Shown piece after piece: positions 16,504 through 25,270 of a DNA stretch of 32,657 nucleotides (position 1 is its first letter; each line of letters opens with the position of its first letter). The position numbers were made by a program, and so were the translations under genes. The stretch is from Actinomycetota bacterium (GTDB taxonomy: Bacteria > Actinomycetota > Acidimicrobiia > Acidimicrobiales > Iamiaceae). A model generated the notes under the pieces. The model saw only the letters and a program-made list of their open reading frames with translations. It was not told where the DNA came from and did not search any database. The stretch covers positions 1 to 32,657 of the forward strand of contig JBDZVK010000004.1 in assembly GCA_040255725.1 (NCBI GenBank). The letters are read 5' to 3'.

Positions 16504-16526
16504 CCTATCCGCTCGGCCACTGAACG
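16504..16526. repeat. Right terminal inverted repeat of the IS
   Basis: CCTATCCGCTCGGCCACTGAACG begins 4 nt after the transposase stop. Confidence 0.6.
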
Positions 16527-17923
16527 AGTTCCGTGATTCACTCGTCGCACTTGAGGAGATTATTGCGGAGCTTGGGCCAAGAGTGGAACGCCTTGACTCG
16601 CTCGAAGCCGCACTTCCTACGGGGCCCCACGACCTTAATCTCACTAGTGGGCAACTGGAGTTTGCGCGCCGAGAACTAGCGCAGCTGGACCCTCAGCTAT
16701 CGAGTAACACGCAGCTCAACCTTGAAGACGTTGATGATTTCCTCGGTCGAGCCGACGAACATGACCTCCCACCCCAAAAAGCAATTCCACTCTATTTTAT
16801 CCTGCAAATGGTCAGTCGTAGATCAAAGCGTACCCAAATACTATCATCGGCGCTATTGGCCTCGGCCGTTGGAAGCTTCGAAGTTCTCGTATCTGAGATT
16901 GCCCGCTATTTCTACAATGCTCGACCGACCGCACTGGCGACAGGTGAGAAGGAGTTTACGCTCGTGGAACTTGAGAGCTTTGAATCTATAGATGACGCGC
17001 GTCAGTCAGCTATCGGAGCACGTGTTGACTCATTGATGTTCAAGTCTACAGCGGGCTGGTTCGATTGGTTGAAGAGGAATGTAGGTTTTGGTTTGGAGGA
17101 GATAGTCGATGACGTAGACAAATTCGTAGAGATCTTTCAACGTCGTCATATTGCGGTTCATAATGGAAGTCGGGTCTCGAGGCGCTATCAAATTAATGCG
17201 CCTCAGGGCAGCGCCCCGAATGAACTCGGGTCAGTCGTCACGATAGACGATCAATATTTAAGAGACTCGCTTGACTCACTTCTATTGGTTGGACTTGTCG
17301 CTAGTCTCGTAGCAATTGTAAGGCTGGATAATGAGTTTGCCGATCTGTCACTGAGTAGGCTAAGTGATGAGTCTTATCAGTCGCTACTAGATAGGAAATG
17401 GGTCCTCGCGAAAGAATTGACGGCCTGCGGATTGAAGTTGAAGATGAAGGAGGCTGACCTAACTCGCTTCAAGGTCAACAACTGGATCGCGAGAGATCGA
17501 CTTGCTGAGCCGATTGCCGCCGAAGTCGAATCGTTAGACGTATCAGCAATGGAACCGGTATTCAGACTAGCGAAGGCGGCATTGCTTCGGGAGGACGGTA
17601 AAGTTGTTGACGCCCTCGAGAATGCAATTAGCCTCCGTCATATGGATTACGTGGAGCTGTGCGAATGGCCACTCTTCTACTATGTGCGCCGGCATGATGA
17701 GTTCGGACGGAAACTGGCAACAATTTACGCATCTCTTGATGAATTCACACGAACAAGACTTACATCGCTTGACGCAACCATTTCCAAGAATAGCAAACGA
17801 TATCACGAGTACGGATGTAAGCGTGCGGGGGCTGAGTCTGTACCCGTATTGGTTCGTACCGCGCAGGATATGGGGCTTGAACCTTGTCAGTTGTGTGCGC
17901 GGGCAGTAGCAGAGACTACCTAG
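16526..17923 (+). CDS. AT-rich HEPN-motif protein (Abi/RiboL-PSP-like candidate RNase), 5' end displaced by the IS
   Basis: This is the part of ORF 16292..17923 lying outside the IS (465 codons). An Rx4-6H motif in a helical context, FVEIFQRRHIAVHNGSRV, sits at nt 17141-17161. A helical C-terminal half follows and ends with an H/C cluster, YHEYGC...PCQLC. The first internal start is GTG 16583. This is the lowest-G+C gene in the window. Confidence 0.55.
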   Translation, partial: EFRDSLVALEEIIAELGPRVERLDSLEAALPTGPHDLNLTSGQLEFARRELAQLDPQLSSNTQLNLEDVDDFLGRADEHDLPPQKAIPLYFILQMVSRRSKRTQILSSALLASAVGSFEVLVSEIARYFYNARPTALATGEKEFTLVELESFESIDDARQSAIGARVDSLMFKSTAGWFDWLKRNVGFGLEEIVDDVDKFVEIFQRRHIAVHNGSRVSRRYQINAPQGSAPNELGSVVTIDDQYLRDSLDSLLLVGLVASLVAIVRLDNEFADLSLSRLSDESYQSLLDRKWVLAKELTACGLKLKMKEADLTRFKVNNWIARDRLAEPIAAEVESLDVSAMEPVFRLAKAALLREDGKVVDALENAISLRHMDYVELCEWPLFYYVRRHDEFGRKLATIYASLDEFTRTRLTSLDATISKNSKRYHEYGCKRAGAESVPVLVRTAQDMGLEPCQLCARAVAETT

Positions 17924-17984
17924 CGATACGGGAGCCTTTGAGTTCTTGTTTGCGGGCTGGAACCGTGGCGGTTGACCAAGGCAG

Positions 17985-18024
17985 AAGGGCTCTTATTTGG
18001 CTTGAGCCTTGCCGGAGATATTTT
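17985..18024. terminator. Weak hairpin plus T-run between the convergent HEPN and ABC ATPase genes
   Basis: AAGGGCTC (17985-17992) pairs with GAGCCTT (18004-18010), giving 7 bp with one bulge and an 11-nt loop. TATTTT follows at 18019-18024. Confidence 0.2.
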
Positions 18025-18087
18025 CAAGGGTGCTGCTCAGTCGTAGTAATCGGATGTGATGCGAGCCGTTGGGATCGTCACTGAGAG

Positions 18088-20040
18088 TCAGCCGCCATAT
18101 GGTTCATACGTTTCGTCATCAGATCGTTCTCCATCGGTTCGATGTGGAAGACGGATTAGACGGTCGTCGGGTGTAAGCGTCGCGACGACTGCGTCGGCCG
18201 CGAAGGCTGGCACGTCGTTATCGAGAGCGATGACCTGTAGACGCCCGGCGTACTCCTTGGTTTCCTCCAGGAGAAGCTTGTAGGTGTCATCTCGCCGAGC
18301 TAAGTCAAATCCTTCGCTTCCCACGTTGTTTGATAGGCCATCCAGTACAAGCAGCGAGGGCAATGGGAGGTTATGGTCTAAGGATACTGTGTGATGAGCG
18401 AGCGCGTGCGCGACGTTAACCAGGACCGTGAGACCCTGGCTGGAGAGTTCGTCGAATGGTCGGCCGCTTACTTCGGGCAAATAGCTCGTTCTATTGATGG
18501 CGGCGGTAAGTGGCAGATCCGACAGTGATACGTGAAGCCTTTGCAGGTAGTCCACGAATCGAGCTTCTAGATCGGTCAGCAGTTGTTCGGACCGATCGCT
18601 CAGTCGTTCATGCTGAGCGAGGGCGTCCATCAAGTCGGCCCGCTTTTCCTCGAGGGCGACGAAGTGCCCTTCAGAGTCGGCGTACCGGGCGAGCAGCTGA
18701 CGATACTCTCCGAGCTGCTCGATGCGGCCTTCAAGAGTTGCTCGCTGCTGCGCAGCGATGACCATCGCCTCTGATCGCTGTGAGACGAATTCGGCGGTGC
18801 GGCGATCAAGTTCCGCGTTGGCGGAGGATGTCTCGTCCCGAATCTGATCGCATTCGGCCTTCAACGCGGCAAGCTCGTCTCGCCGAAGTTCGATGAGCGA
18901 CTGGGTCTCTACAATCTGGCTGGCGATCCGCTCCTGTTCCGCGACGAGCTCATCACGGTGGTTCCCCTGCTGCGGCTCTTGCAGGCAGAGGTAGCAGTGT
19001 CCATCCGCTGAGCGTGACGCCTCAACTCCGGTGCCACATCGGGGGCATACCACGAAGTCAAAATCGACGAGCCACTCATCTGCAACGATCGCCCGCGTGA
19101 GCCGATCGGACTGAGTCATGAGGGTCTGATGGAGTTCGTTCAACTCCAGAAGGTTTCGGGAGGCCGCGCGTTCAGTAGCCGTTGCCGATGCCAGGGCATC
19201 TTCGAGCCTCGCGACCGTGTCGCGAAGCACCTGACTCTGCGTTTGCTCAAGTCCCTCAACCGCTGCTGTCTTGACCCTCGTGTCAAGATCCACGATCATT
19301 CTTTTGGTCAGTGCAACTTGCTCATCGATGTCGTCGAGGCTGGCGAACGGGGTGTCCTTCAGAAACATCCGAACGGCCTCGTTCGATCTGTCGAGGTCTT
19401 CGAGGCGAAGCTCGACGCTACGAAGTCGTGCTTGGAGGGCGGCGGTTTCTGTGTCGTAGATCCCGTAGTTCAGTTCGAACACGGCCCGCCGCTTCCTGTC
19501 CTTGTACGGGTCTCGATGCCCGAACACCGTGGTGTCGATCTCGTCGTCGCGAACGATGCAGTAGAGCAGCCAGTCATTGATCGTGACCGGCGACGCTTCG
19601 CTCGTTGCCTGAGTGCGCGCCCTGGGGACTGCGACTGCGGGAATGGCAAGGCGATCGAGTAGCCACTCGATGTACGTCTCCGGATCCGTCGCGGTGGGGC
19701 GCTCTGCTGGAAGCCGGAGCGTGTCGATAATCCGTTCTGGCTCCCCGTCGTCGCCAGGCCCCCGGCGACTCAGCGAGACCATTGCGGTCTTTGTAGTGAC
19801 GAGAGGTCGATCGATCTCCCACATGCTTTCGCCGAACGACACTCGCCCGTGGACGGATCGGACTGAGCTTGTCTCGGGCGGGAGGTGTTCAGGTACGCGA
19901 CCAAGCAGCGCCCGAATGAGTCTGACGACGGTTGTCTTGCCCGTGGTGATGGATCCGCTGATGACCGAGAAGGCACCAGCGAAGTCGATGGTGCGATTGC
20001 CGCCGACAAGGTCGATGCGGTGAAGTCGAATTTCGTGCAC
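18088..20040 (-). CDS. ABC/SMC-like ATPase with a long coiled-coil insert and central 4-Cys zinc hook (ABC-3C system ATPase)
   Basis: The N-terminal head has Walker A GSITTGKTT. A heptad-rich helical region of roughly 300 aa contains CPRCGTGVEASRSADGHCYLC. The C-terminal head has the signature-like LSSQG and Walker B LLVLDG; the residue after Asp is Gly, not the usual Glu. Start is GTG 20040, preceded by GAAGAAGGGA. Confidence 0.8.
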   Translation of the reverse strand: MHEIRLHRIDLVGGNRTIDFAGAFSVISGSITTGKTTVVRLIRALLGRVPEHLPPETSSVRSVHGRVSFGESMWEIDRPLVTTKTAMVSLSRRGPGDDGEPERIIDTLRLPAERPTATDPETYIEWLLDRLAIPAVAVPRARTQATSEASPVTINDWLLYCIVRDDEIDTTVFGHRDPYKDRKRRAVFELNYGIYDTETAALQARLRSVELRLEDLDRSNEAVRMFLKDTPFASLDDIDEQVALTKRMIVDLDTRVKTAAVEGLEQTQSQVLRDTVARLEDALASATATERAASRNLLELNELHQTLMTQSDRLTRAIVADEWLVDFDFVVCPRCGTGVEASRSADGHCYLCLQEPQQGNHRDELVAEQERIASQIVETQSLIELRRDELAALKAECDQIRDETSSANAELDRRTAEFVSQRSEAMVIAAQQRATLEGRIEQLGEYRQLLARYADSEGHFVALEEKRADLMDALAQHERLSDRSEQLLTDLEARFVDYLQRLHVSLSDLPLTAAINRTSYLPEVSGRPFDELSSQGLTVLVNVAHALAHHTVSLDHNLPLPSLLVLDGLSNNVGSEGFDLARRDDTYKLLLEETKEYAGRLQVIALDNDVPAFAADAVVATLTPDDRLIRLPHRTDGERSDDETYEPYGG

Positions 20041-20057
20041 GTCGGTCCCTTCTTCGG

Positions 20058-20597
20058 TCAGTCGACGGCTGCGTGCCAGTTGGCGTTGGTCATCTCAGGA
20101 ATCGCCTCGTACAGCAGGTTCTTGAGTGTGGAGCCGCTTAGGTCGAGGTGCCGTCTGACCAGGATCGCTCGATGGTTCACCGCTTCCCAGGTCTCGTCAT
20201 CCAGGATGGATCCGACGAGACCCCGCCCGCGATCGGTCACTCGGTAACCGATACCATGTTTGAACGGGATGGGCTCGACGAGCCCCCGACCGATGAGGCT
20301 GCCGAGAACCGCATAATAGGACGGGTCCCGCGGACCGTATCGGTAGCGAATCATTTTGTCTTGCAGTGGTGTCGGTTCAAGCACGACCGACGCAACGATC
20401 TTCGCCGAGACGTTTCGGTTTGCGAGCACACGCGCGAGGTACTTCGGGTAGCGAACGAGGAAGTCCAGCTTCGCGAGTTTGAGGCGCCCCTCGAGTTGCC
20501 TCGGTTTTTCGACTTTTCCGCTGAACGCGTTGATGAGCAGGAGCACGCGTCCTTCGGATTCCGGCAGGGACCGGAACTTTGTCAATCGATCGGTCAT
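20058..20597 (-). CDS. ABC-3C middle-component candidate (179 aa)
   Basis: ATG 20597 (MTDRLTKF...) overlaps the effector stop as ATGA (20594-20597), and the gene ends 17 nt before the ATPase start. Its size and position between effector and ATPase match the ABC-3C layout; I cannot verify a specific family motif. Confidence 0.5.
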   Translation of the reverse strand: MTDRLTKFRSLPESEGRVLLLINAFSGKVEKPRQLEGRLKLAKLDFLVRYPKYLARVLANRNVSAKIVASVVLEPTPLQDKMIRYRYGPRDPSYYAVLGSLIGRGLVEPIPFKHGIGYRVTDRGRGLVGSILDDETWEAVNHRAILVRRHLDLSGSTLKNLLYEAIPEMTNANWHAAVD

Positions 20598-21814
20598 GCC
20601 GACCGCCACTCGAACAGGCACCGATCCGACAGCTCACACACTAGGCCGAGTACGAGCCCACCATCCTCGTCGAGCACGCAGTCGCTGTCCAACGCTCCAA
20701 GCAGGCCCGTCTGTTGGACGAGCCTGCCGTAGATGACTTCGGCCGGCCGTCCCGCTTGTGCGCTTCCGGCGGAAGACCCGACGACGTCAGCGGTCACGGC
20801 GTCAGCGTGTTCGAGCGCTCTGTCCTCGAGAGCGACGAGCTCGTCGTCGACGTCGCCATCGAGCGTCGCACGTTCCGCTAGCCGGATGGCTGTGACTGAC
20901 CGACGTTTCTGCGCTCTGGTGATCGTCTTTTCCTCAGCGCCGGCGACTCTGAGTTTCCACTCCAGATCGGTCATGGCCAACGCTCCGCCGTTTGCCGCTT
21001 CGAGAAGGCGACGCTGCTCTGCCGCGAAGATAGGTACGGGTGGAAGGATCGAGAGGAGCTCCGCCCTGGACAACAGGTGTTCCACAACGGTCTCCTGCTC
21101 CTCAGTGCCTGGGCGCGGCTGAAGAGCCAACGGATGCTCCGGGTCTGCAGAAGCCACCGATCCCAGATGAGCAGCGATCACGCGTGCGAGGAGCTTGTCG
21201 TAGACGTCCTCAATGACCGAGGTGTGACCAGGAACGAGCTTCATCAAGAGCCGGTGGGTGACAGCGTCAATGGAAGCGCGGGAGTAATACTGCGGGGAGA
21301 TTGTCAGCCGGCCGAGGAAGTCAGCGATGTCGCCGGCTGCCAGACCGAGTGCCCTTAGCTTCTTCTTCTGGTCGTTCGTGGCTTTGGAAGGGGTAGCGAA
21401 GAACGTGCGCGTCTCGGGCCGTGTCCCTTCTGGTCCCTCGAGAATGAGCTCGAGTCGAGTGGAGACAGCGACACCGGCCGCCTTCGCGAGCTTGTACGAG
21501 CGGACGAGGGCATCGATTCCACCGCCGTCTTCAAGGACCTTCGCTTGGGTCCAGGAGCCCCTGTCACGCGTCTTCACCTGTGCGAAACAGAGCTCGGTGC
21601 TGGTCGACGTGGTGATGTCGTCGACGAACTCGCATAAGATGAAGGCGTCGGCACCGAGATCGAGCGTCTTGAGCCAGCGCTGAACTCCGACTTTGCACTG
21701 GTAGATGTATCGGGCGAACGTCTCGCTTCCGCTCGTGTCGCCCGGCCCCAGCTCGGCGAGCGCGTCCATTGCACGGACGTGTGGGGACTCCTCACCACCT
21801 GGCGTCGTAGTCAT
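20594..21814 (-). CDS. ABC-3C effector: Cap4-type dsDNA nuclease domain (DUF4297, PD-(D/E)xK) plus a helical C-terminal domain
   Basis: The N-terminus GSETFARYIYQCKVGVQRWLKTL...AFILCEFVDDITT...FAQVKTRD matches the DUF4297 pattern (G..G..YQ ... E..DD ... QVK). The ATG overlaps the stop of the upstream ORF (ATGA at 21811-21814). Confidence 0.7.
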   Translation of the reverse strand: MTTTPGGEESPHVRAMDALAELGPGDTSGSETFARYIYQCKVGVQRWLKTLDLGADAFILCEFVDDITTSTSTELCFAQVKTRDRGSWTQAKVLEDGGGIDALVRSYKLAKAAGVAVSTRLELILEGPEGTRPETRTFFATPSKATNDQKKKLRALGLAAGDIADFLGRLTISPQYYSRASIDAVTHRLLMKLVPGHTSVIEDVYDKLLARVIAAHLGSVASADPEHPLALQPRPGTEEQETVVEHLLSRAELLSILPPVPIFAAEQRRLLEAANGGALAMTDLEWKLRVAGAEEKTITRAQKRRSVTAIRLAERATLDGDVDDELVALEDRALEHADAVTADVVGSSAGSAQAGRPAEVIYGRLVQQTGLLGALDSDCVLDEDGGLVLGLVCELSDRCLFEWRSA

Positions 21815-24036
21815 TCGAATTCGGTGGAGTGGGCGTTGAGGTTGGTGGCGTTTTCGGAGACGATGCGGACGGTGGCGTCGTCGTAGCCGTCGGGGTTGGT
21901 AGCTCGGATCTCCAGGTCAAGCTGGATGTCGGGGCCGAGACGTTGGGTGACGTGTTCGAGGATCTCGCTCAGTTGCTTGATCGCTCGCACCGAGTCGAGG
22001 GTGAACTGGGCGTAGAACTGGGTCTTGCCCGTCCCGGCTCCGGACGCGCCCGCGGGCGCGTCGCCCGGGCTCCCGGCGGTGCCGGGTGTACCGGCGCCAG
22101 CTGCACCTCCGGCGAGGGTTGCCCCGGCACCCGCGCGCGAACCTCGTCCGGACCCAGCCTCACCTGAGCCGGCTGTTCCGTCACGTCCGGAGCCTGCGCC
22201 GTTGACGCCGCCGTGGCCACCGCCTGAGCCGTCGGCGCCGCCGTCACCGCTTCCGTCGCCCGCAGCGGGTTTGGGGACGGCTGATGGCTCGACCAACAAC
22301 CCGCTCACCACGGGGGTGACGTGTTCGCCGGTGTGGATGCCTACCCAGGTGTCGCCGTCCCACGCTTCGGCGTAGGCGAAGGTTTCGGCGGCCCAGTCGA
22401 GGCTGGACGTTCCGTCGCTGATCGCACCACGCAGCACGTCGAACGAGGCCAATCGGGGCATGTGGGGGTAGCGGGCGTAGCCGTTCCACAGGTCGCCGAC
22501 GGCCAGGTCGCCACGCTCCGACCACAACGCGTACCGGTCGATGTCCATCTTCACGCGCACCCCGCCGTACACACCGATGAGCTTCTCTTCGGTGGCGAGT
22601 TTCTTGGAGACCCGGTCGCCGATGTCGCCGGTGGTGCCGACCTTGGTGGTTGCCCAGGTGATCTCAGCGGTGCCGGGTTCCTGAGCAGGGGTGAGTGCCA
22701 TCGTGAACGTCTCGGCGATCAGCGCGTCGACCTGCTGGGACACCTTGGTGATCTGCGTCCGAGCGAGCTTCTGATTCGCGGGCGTCAGATTCAGCGCGTC
22801 GGACTCGTCCAGGATCGACTGCCACGCCAGATACAGCCTCGAAGCGGCCCGCAGGTCGGCCAACCGGTTCGCTGCGGCAGCAACGAACACCAACAGGTTG
22901 CGGTTCAGTCGTGGCCCGGCGTCGCGCTGGTTCAGGATCGACGCAGCCAGCGAAACCGCGTCAGAGTCGGAAGAGTTCCGGTCGTGGGTGACCTCGGGCG
23001 TGAGGATCACCAGCCGGACACCGTCGTCCTCGTCGGGCACGTCGCCGGGTCCGGCGGCGAAGACCTGCACGGTGGTGAACGCACCCCGGCCGCGCTGCGC
23101 AGCCAGGCGGGCACGCACCTCGTCATCAGCATCGTGGTCGGTGTAGTTCGATGCGGCGCGGTCCGCCGCCAGTCGGGTGGCGTTGGGTTGCAGCGAGAAC
23201 CGGTACTGCGCCCCGTCCACATAGAGATGCGTCGCCTCGTCCGACAGGCGCTTCAAAGCGTCGGCGAACTGGCCGGTCGGCTCGCCGGGCTGCACCGAAC
23301 CCAACACGACCCGCTTGATGTCGACCCCACGGCCCTCATCGGCATAGGGGGCCGATCCCATGTACACGGTGCGGGCGGCCCGTCGGCATGCCGAGATTCG
23401 TCCGAAGTGTTTGTTGTCCTTGTCGATCCGCAGCGGCAAGGCGTTCTCGCCGTCCACGTCGGATTTGATGACCGGGTCCCAGCCTTCTTCGAGGTACTTC
23501 TTCATCTCGGACACGAGCGCACCCGAGTCCATGGGCAGGTTGCCGGGCATGATCAACAGCGACTGGTCGCCGCGCTGCCAGAGCTGGGAGATGGCGATCG
23601 CCATGAGCCGCAGCACCCCGCGGGTGCGTTGGAACTTGTCGAGCGCGGACCAGTCGCCGAACAGCCGGTCGAACAACTCGGAGTGGATCGGATACGACAG
23701 TTCCATCCGCCGCCGGTACTCGGCCTCGCCGACCCCGGAGGGAAACACCCGGGCCTGGTCGTGGTACATCTCCGAGAACGCCCGGATGACCCCGTCACGG
23801 ATCCGGGCGTTGCCTTCGGGGGTCGGGTCGAACAGACGGCGGCGCACGATCTCGAACGACTCGTCCGGTGACGCGGGCTGCCATTGCGCGGCTTTGCGGG
23901 TGACGACGTTCTTCAGCTTTTCCAGGGCGTCACGGCCCCGGTCGCCACCGACTTCGATGTCCGACGCGGGATCAATCCTCGGCGGGGTCTGTCGTAGACT
24001 CGCGCTCGTGTTCGATCTGTCGGAGTGCCGGAGGCC
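21811..24036 (-). pseudogene. 5'-truncated DUF499-family (BrxC/PglY-like ATPase) gene lacking the P-loop N-terminal domain
   Basis: The ORF track gives 21811..23847 (GTG start), but the frame stays open and protein-like up to the stop at 24037-24039: ...IEVGGDRGRDALEKLKNVVTRKAAQWQPASPDESFEIVRRRLFDP, with no ATG/GTG/TTG. No Walker A is present anywhere. A Gly/Ala/Ser linker precedes the characteristic C-terminus FYAQFTLD...LDLEIRATNPDGYDDATVRIVSENATNLNAHSTEFE. Confidence 0.6.
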
Positions 24037-24075
24037 TCATAGGACGGCTAAAATCCACCGTGTAATTGCGGGCAG

Positions 24076-25257
24076 ATGAGCAGAGAACCGTCTAAAGCGC
24101 TGTCGGCATTCTCCGGGCTAGGAGGGATGGATCTTGGTTTAGAAGCTGCCGGCTTTGAGATCGTCGGCTGTATTGAACACGATCCGATTGCGCGCCGGTC
24201 GCTAAAGCGAAACCGAGAGCGTTGGATGCTTCTTGACCCACCGGCGATCGAAGGCGTGGCCGACTCGGTGATGCCTATTGACCTCGGCCTCAAGGTTCGC
24301 GAACTCGCGGTTCTCTCTGGCGCACCGCCATGTCAACCGTACTCGAAGGCAGCGATGTGGAGCGACCATGCGTGGAGCGGCTTTGCGGACGAACGAGCGA
24401 AGCCACTGCTGTCGTTTTTCCGACTTGCTGAGACGTTCCTGCCAAGGGTCGTTTTGATGGAGAACGTTCAAGGTTTTGTTGCGGGACCGCACTCTGTTGC
24501 AGCACGAATTGCGAGTGAGTTTGATGCCATCAATCGACGCTGCTCAACCTCCTACAAGGTAAGCACGGCCATCCTGGATGCAGCCGACTTCGGGGTTCCC
24601 CAGCGACGCCGACGCGCGATTATAACGGCCTTTCGTGACGGCGAGGAGATGATCTGGCCGGAGCCCACGCACCGGAAGGCGCCGACTCGGGCGTGGGACG
24701 CGCTCCATGATGTCAAGGTCGCCGAGCCTGCTCCTGCCATCGGGAAATGGGCAGCGCTTCTTCCAAGCATCCCCGAAGGTTCCAACTATATTTGGCACAC
24801 GTCCCACGGTGGAGGGAAGCCTCTGTTCGGCTACCGAACCCGCTATTGGTCCTTCCTGTTGAAGCTGGCGAAAGATCAACCGTCCTGGACGCTGCCAGCT
24901 CAACCCGGCCCATCTGTCGGTCCTTTCCACTGGGACAATCGACCGCTGACTCCTGAGGAGGCGTTGCGCCTTCAGTCGTTCCCATCCGACTGGTACGCCG
25001 AAGGGACCCGTCGTGAGCAAATCCGTCAGATCGGAAACGCCACGCCTCCATTGCTCGCGGAAGTCATAGGACGAGCGATCCGCGCCACTCTCGGCATCGC
25101 CTCTACTAGCGAGCCACTCATGCTGCGGATCAGCCGAAGGAAGACGATTCCAGCGGCTTCACCGGTCGCCGATGTCCCGGACCGGTTCCTCGACCTGGTT
25201 GGTGATCATCCGGATCATCCCGGTACAGGGGCGGGGCCCAAGCCGCGATCCAACTGA
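24076..25257 (+). CDS. DNA (cytosine-5)-methyltransferase
   Basis: C5-MTase motifs occur in order: I FSGLGGMDLG, IV GAPPCQPYS, VI ENVQGF, VIII QRRRRAII, IX-like LTPEEALRLQSFP, X GNATPP. Confidence 0.9.
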   Translation: MSREPSKALSAFSGLGGMDLGLEAAGFEIVGCIEHDPIARRSLKRNRERWMLLDPPAIEGVADSVMPIDLGLKVRELAVLSGAPPCQPYSKAAMWSDHAWSGFADERAKPLLSFFRLAETFLPRVVLMENVQGFVAGPHSVAARIASEFDAINRRCSTSYKVSTAILDAADFGVPQRRRRAIITAFRDGEEMIWPEPTHRKAPTRAWDALHDVKVAEPAPAIGKWAALLPSIPEGSNYIWHTSHGGGKPLFGYRTRYWSFLLKLAKDQPSWTLPAQPGPSVGPFHWDNRPLTPEEALRLQSFPSDWYAEGTRREQIRQIGNATPPLLAEVIGRAIRATLGIASTSEPLMLRISRRKTIPAASPVADVPDRFLDLVGDHPDHPGTGAGPKPRSN

Positions 25258-25270
25258 AGTGGCAGGCGAG

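Larger units (their letters stand above)
15510..16526 (+). mobile_element. IS5-family insertion sequence (IS427/IS5-like, single transposase ORF)
   Basis: Imperfect 23-bp terminal inverted repeats (19/23 matches) bracket a DDE transposase ORF. The element's G+C is clearly higher than that of the AT-rich DNA it sits in. The target-site duplication is ambiguous (AG flanks both ends). Confidence 0.8.

Noticed and set aside
16292-16525. First 78 codons of ORF 16292..17923.
   Set aside because: They lie inside the IS, overlapping the transposase 3' end and the right IR. This is read-through created by the insertion, not part of the HEPN-motif gene.
15506-16530. Attempt to define the IS target-site duplication.
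   Set aside because: AG flanks the IR ends on both sides (2 bp). CG is possible if the IRs are 2 nt shorter. GTT repeats at a 1017-nt offset only if the ends are asymmetric. None is decisive, so no duplication is annotated.
22020-22290. Low-complexity GC-rich tract inside the DUF499-like ORF.
   Set aside because: It encodes a Gly/Ala/Ser linker in frame between two conserved regions. I found no exact nucleotide repeats.
24049-24054. TAAAAT -10-like hexamer 21 nt upstream of the methyltransferase ATG.
   Set aside because: It is a single hexamer with no convincing -35 element or mapped transcription start, too weak to annotate as a promoter.
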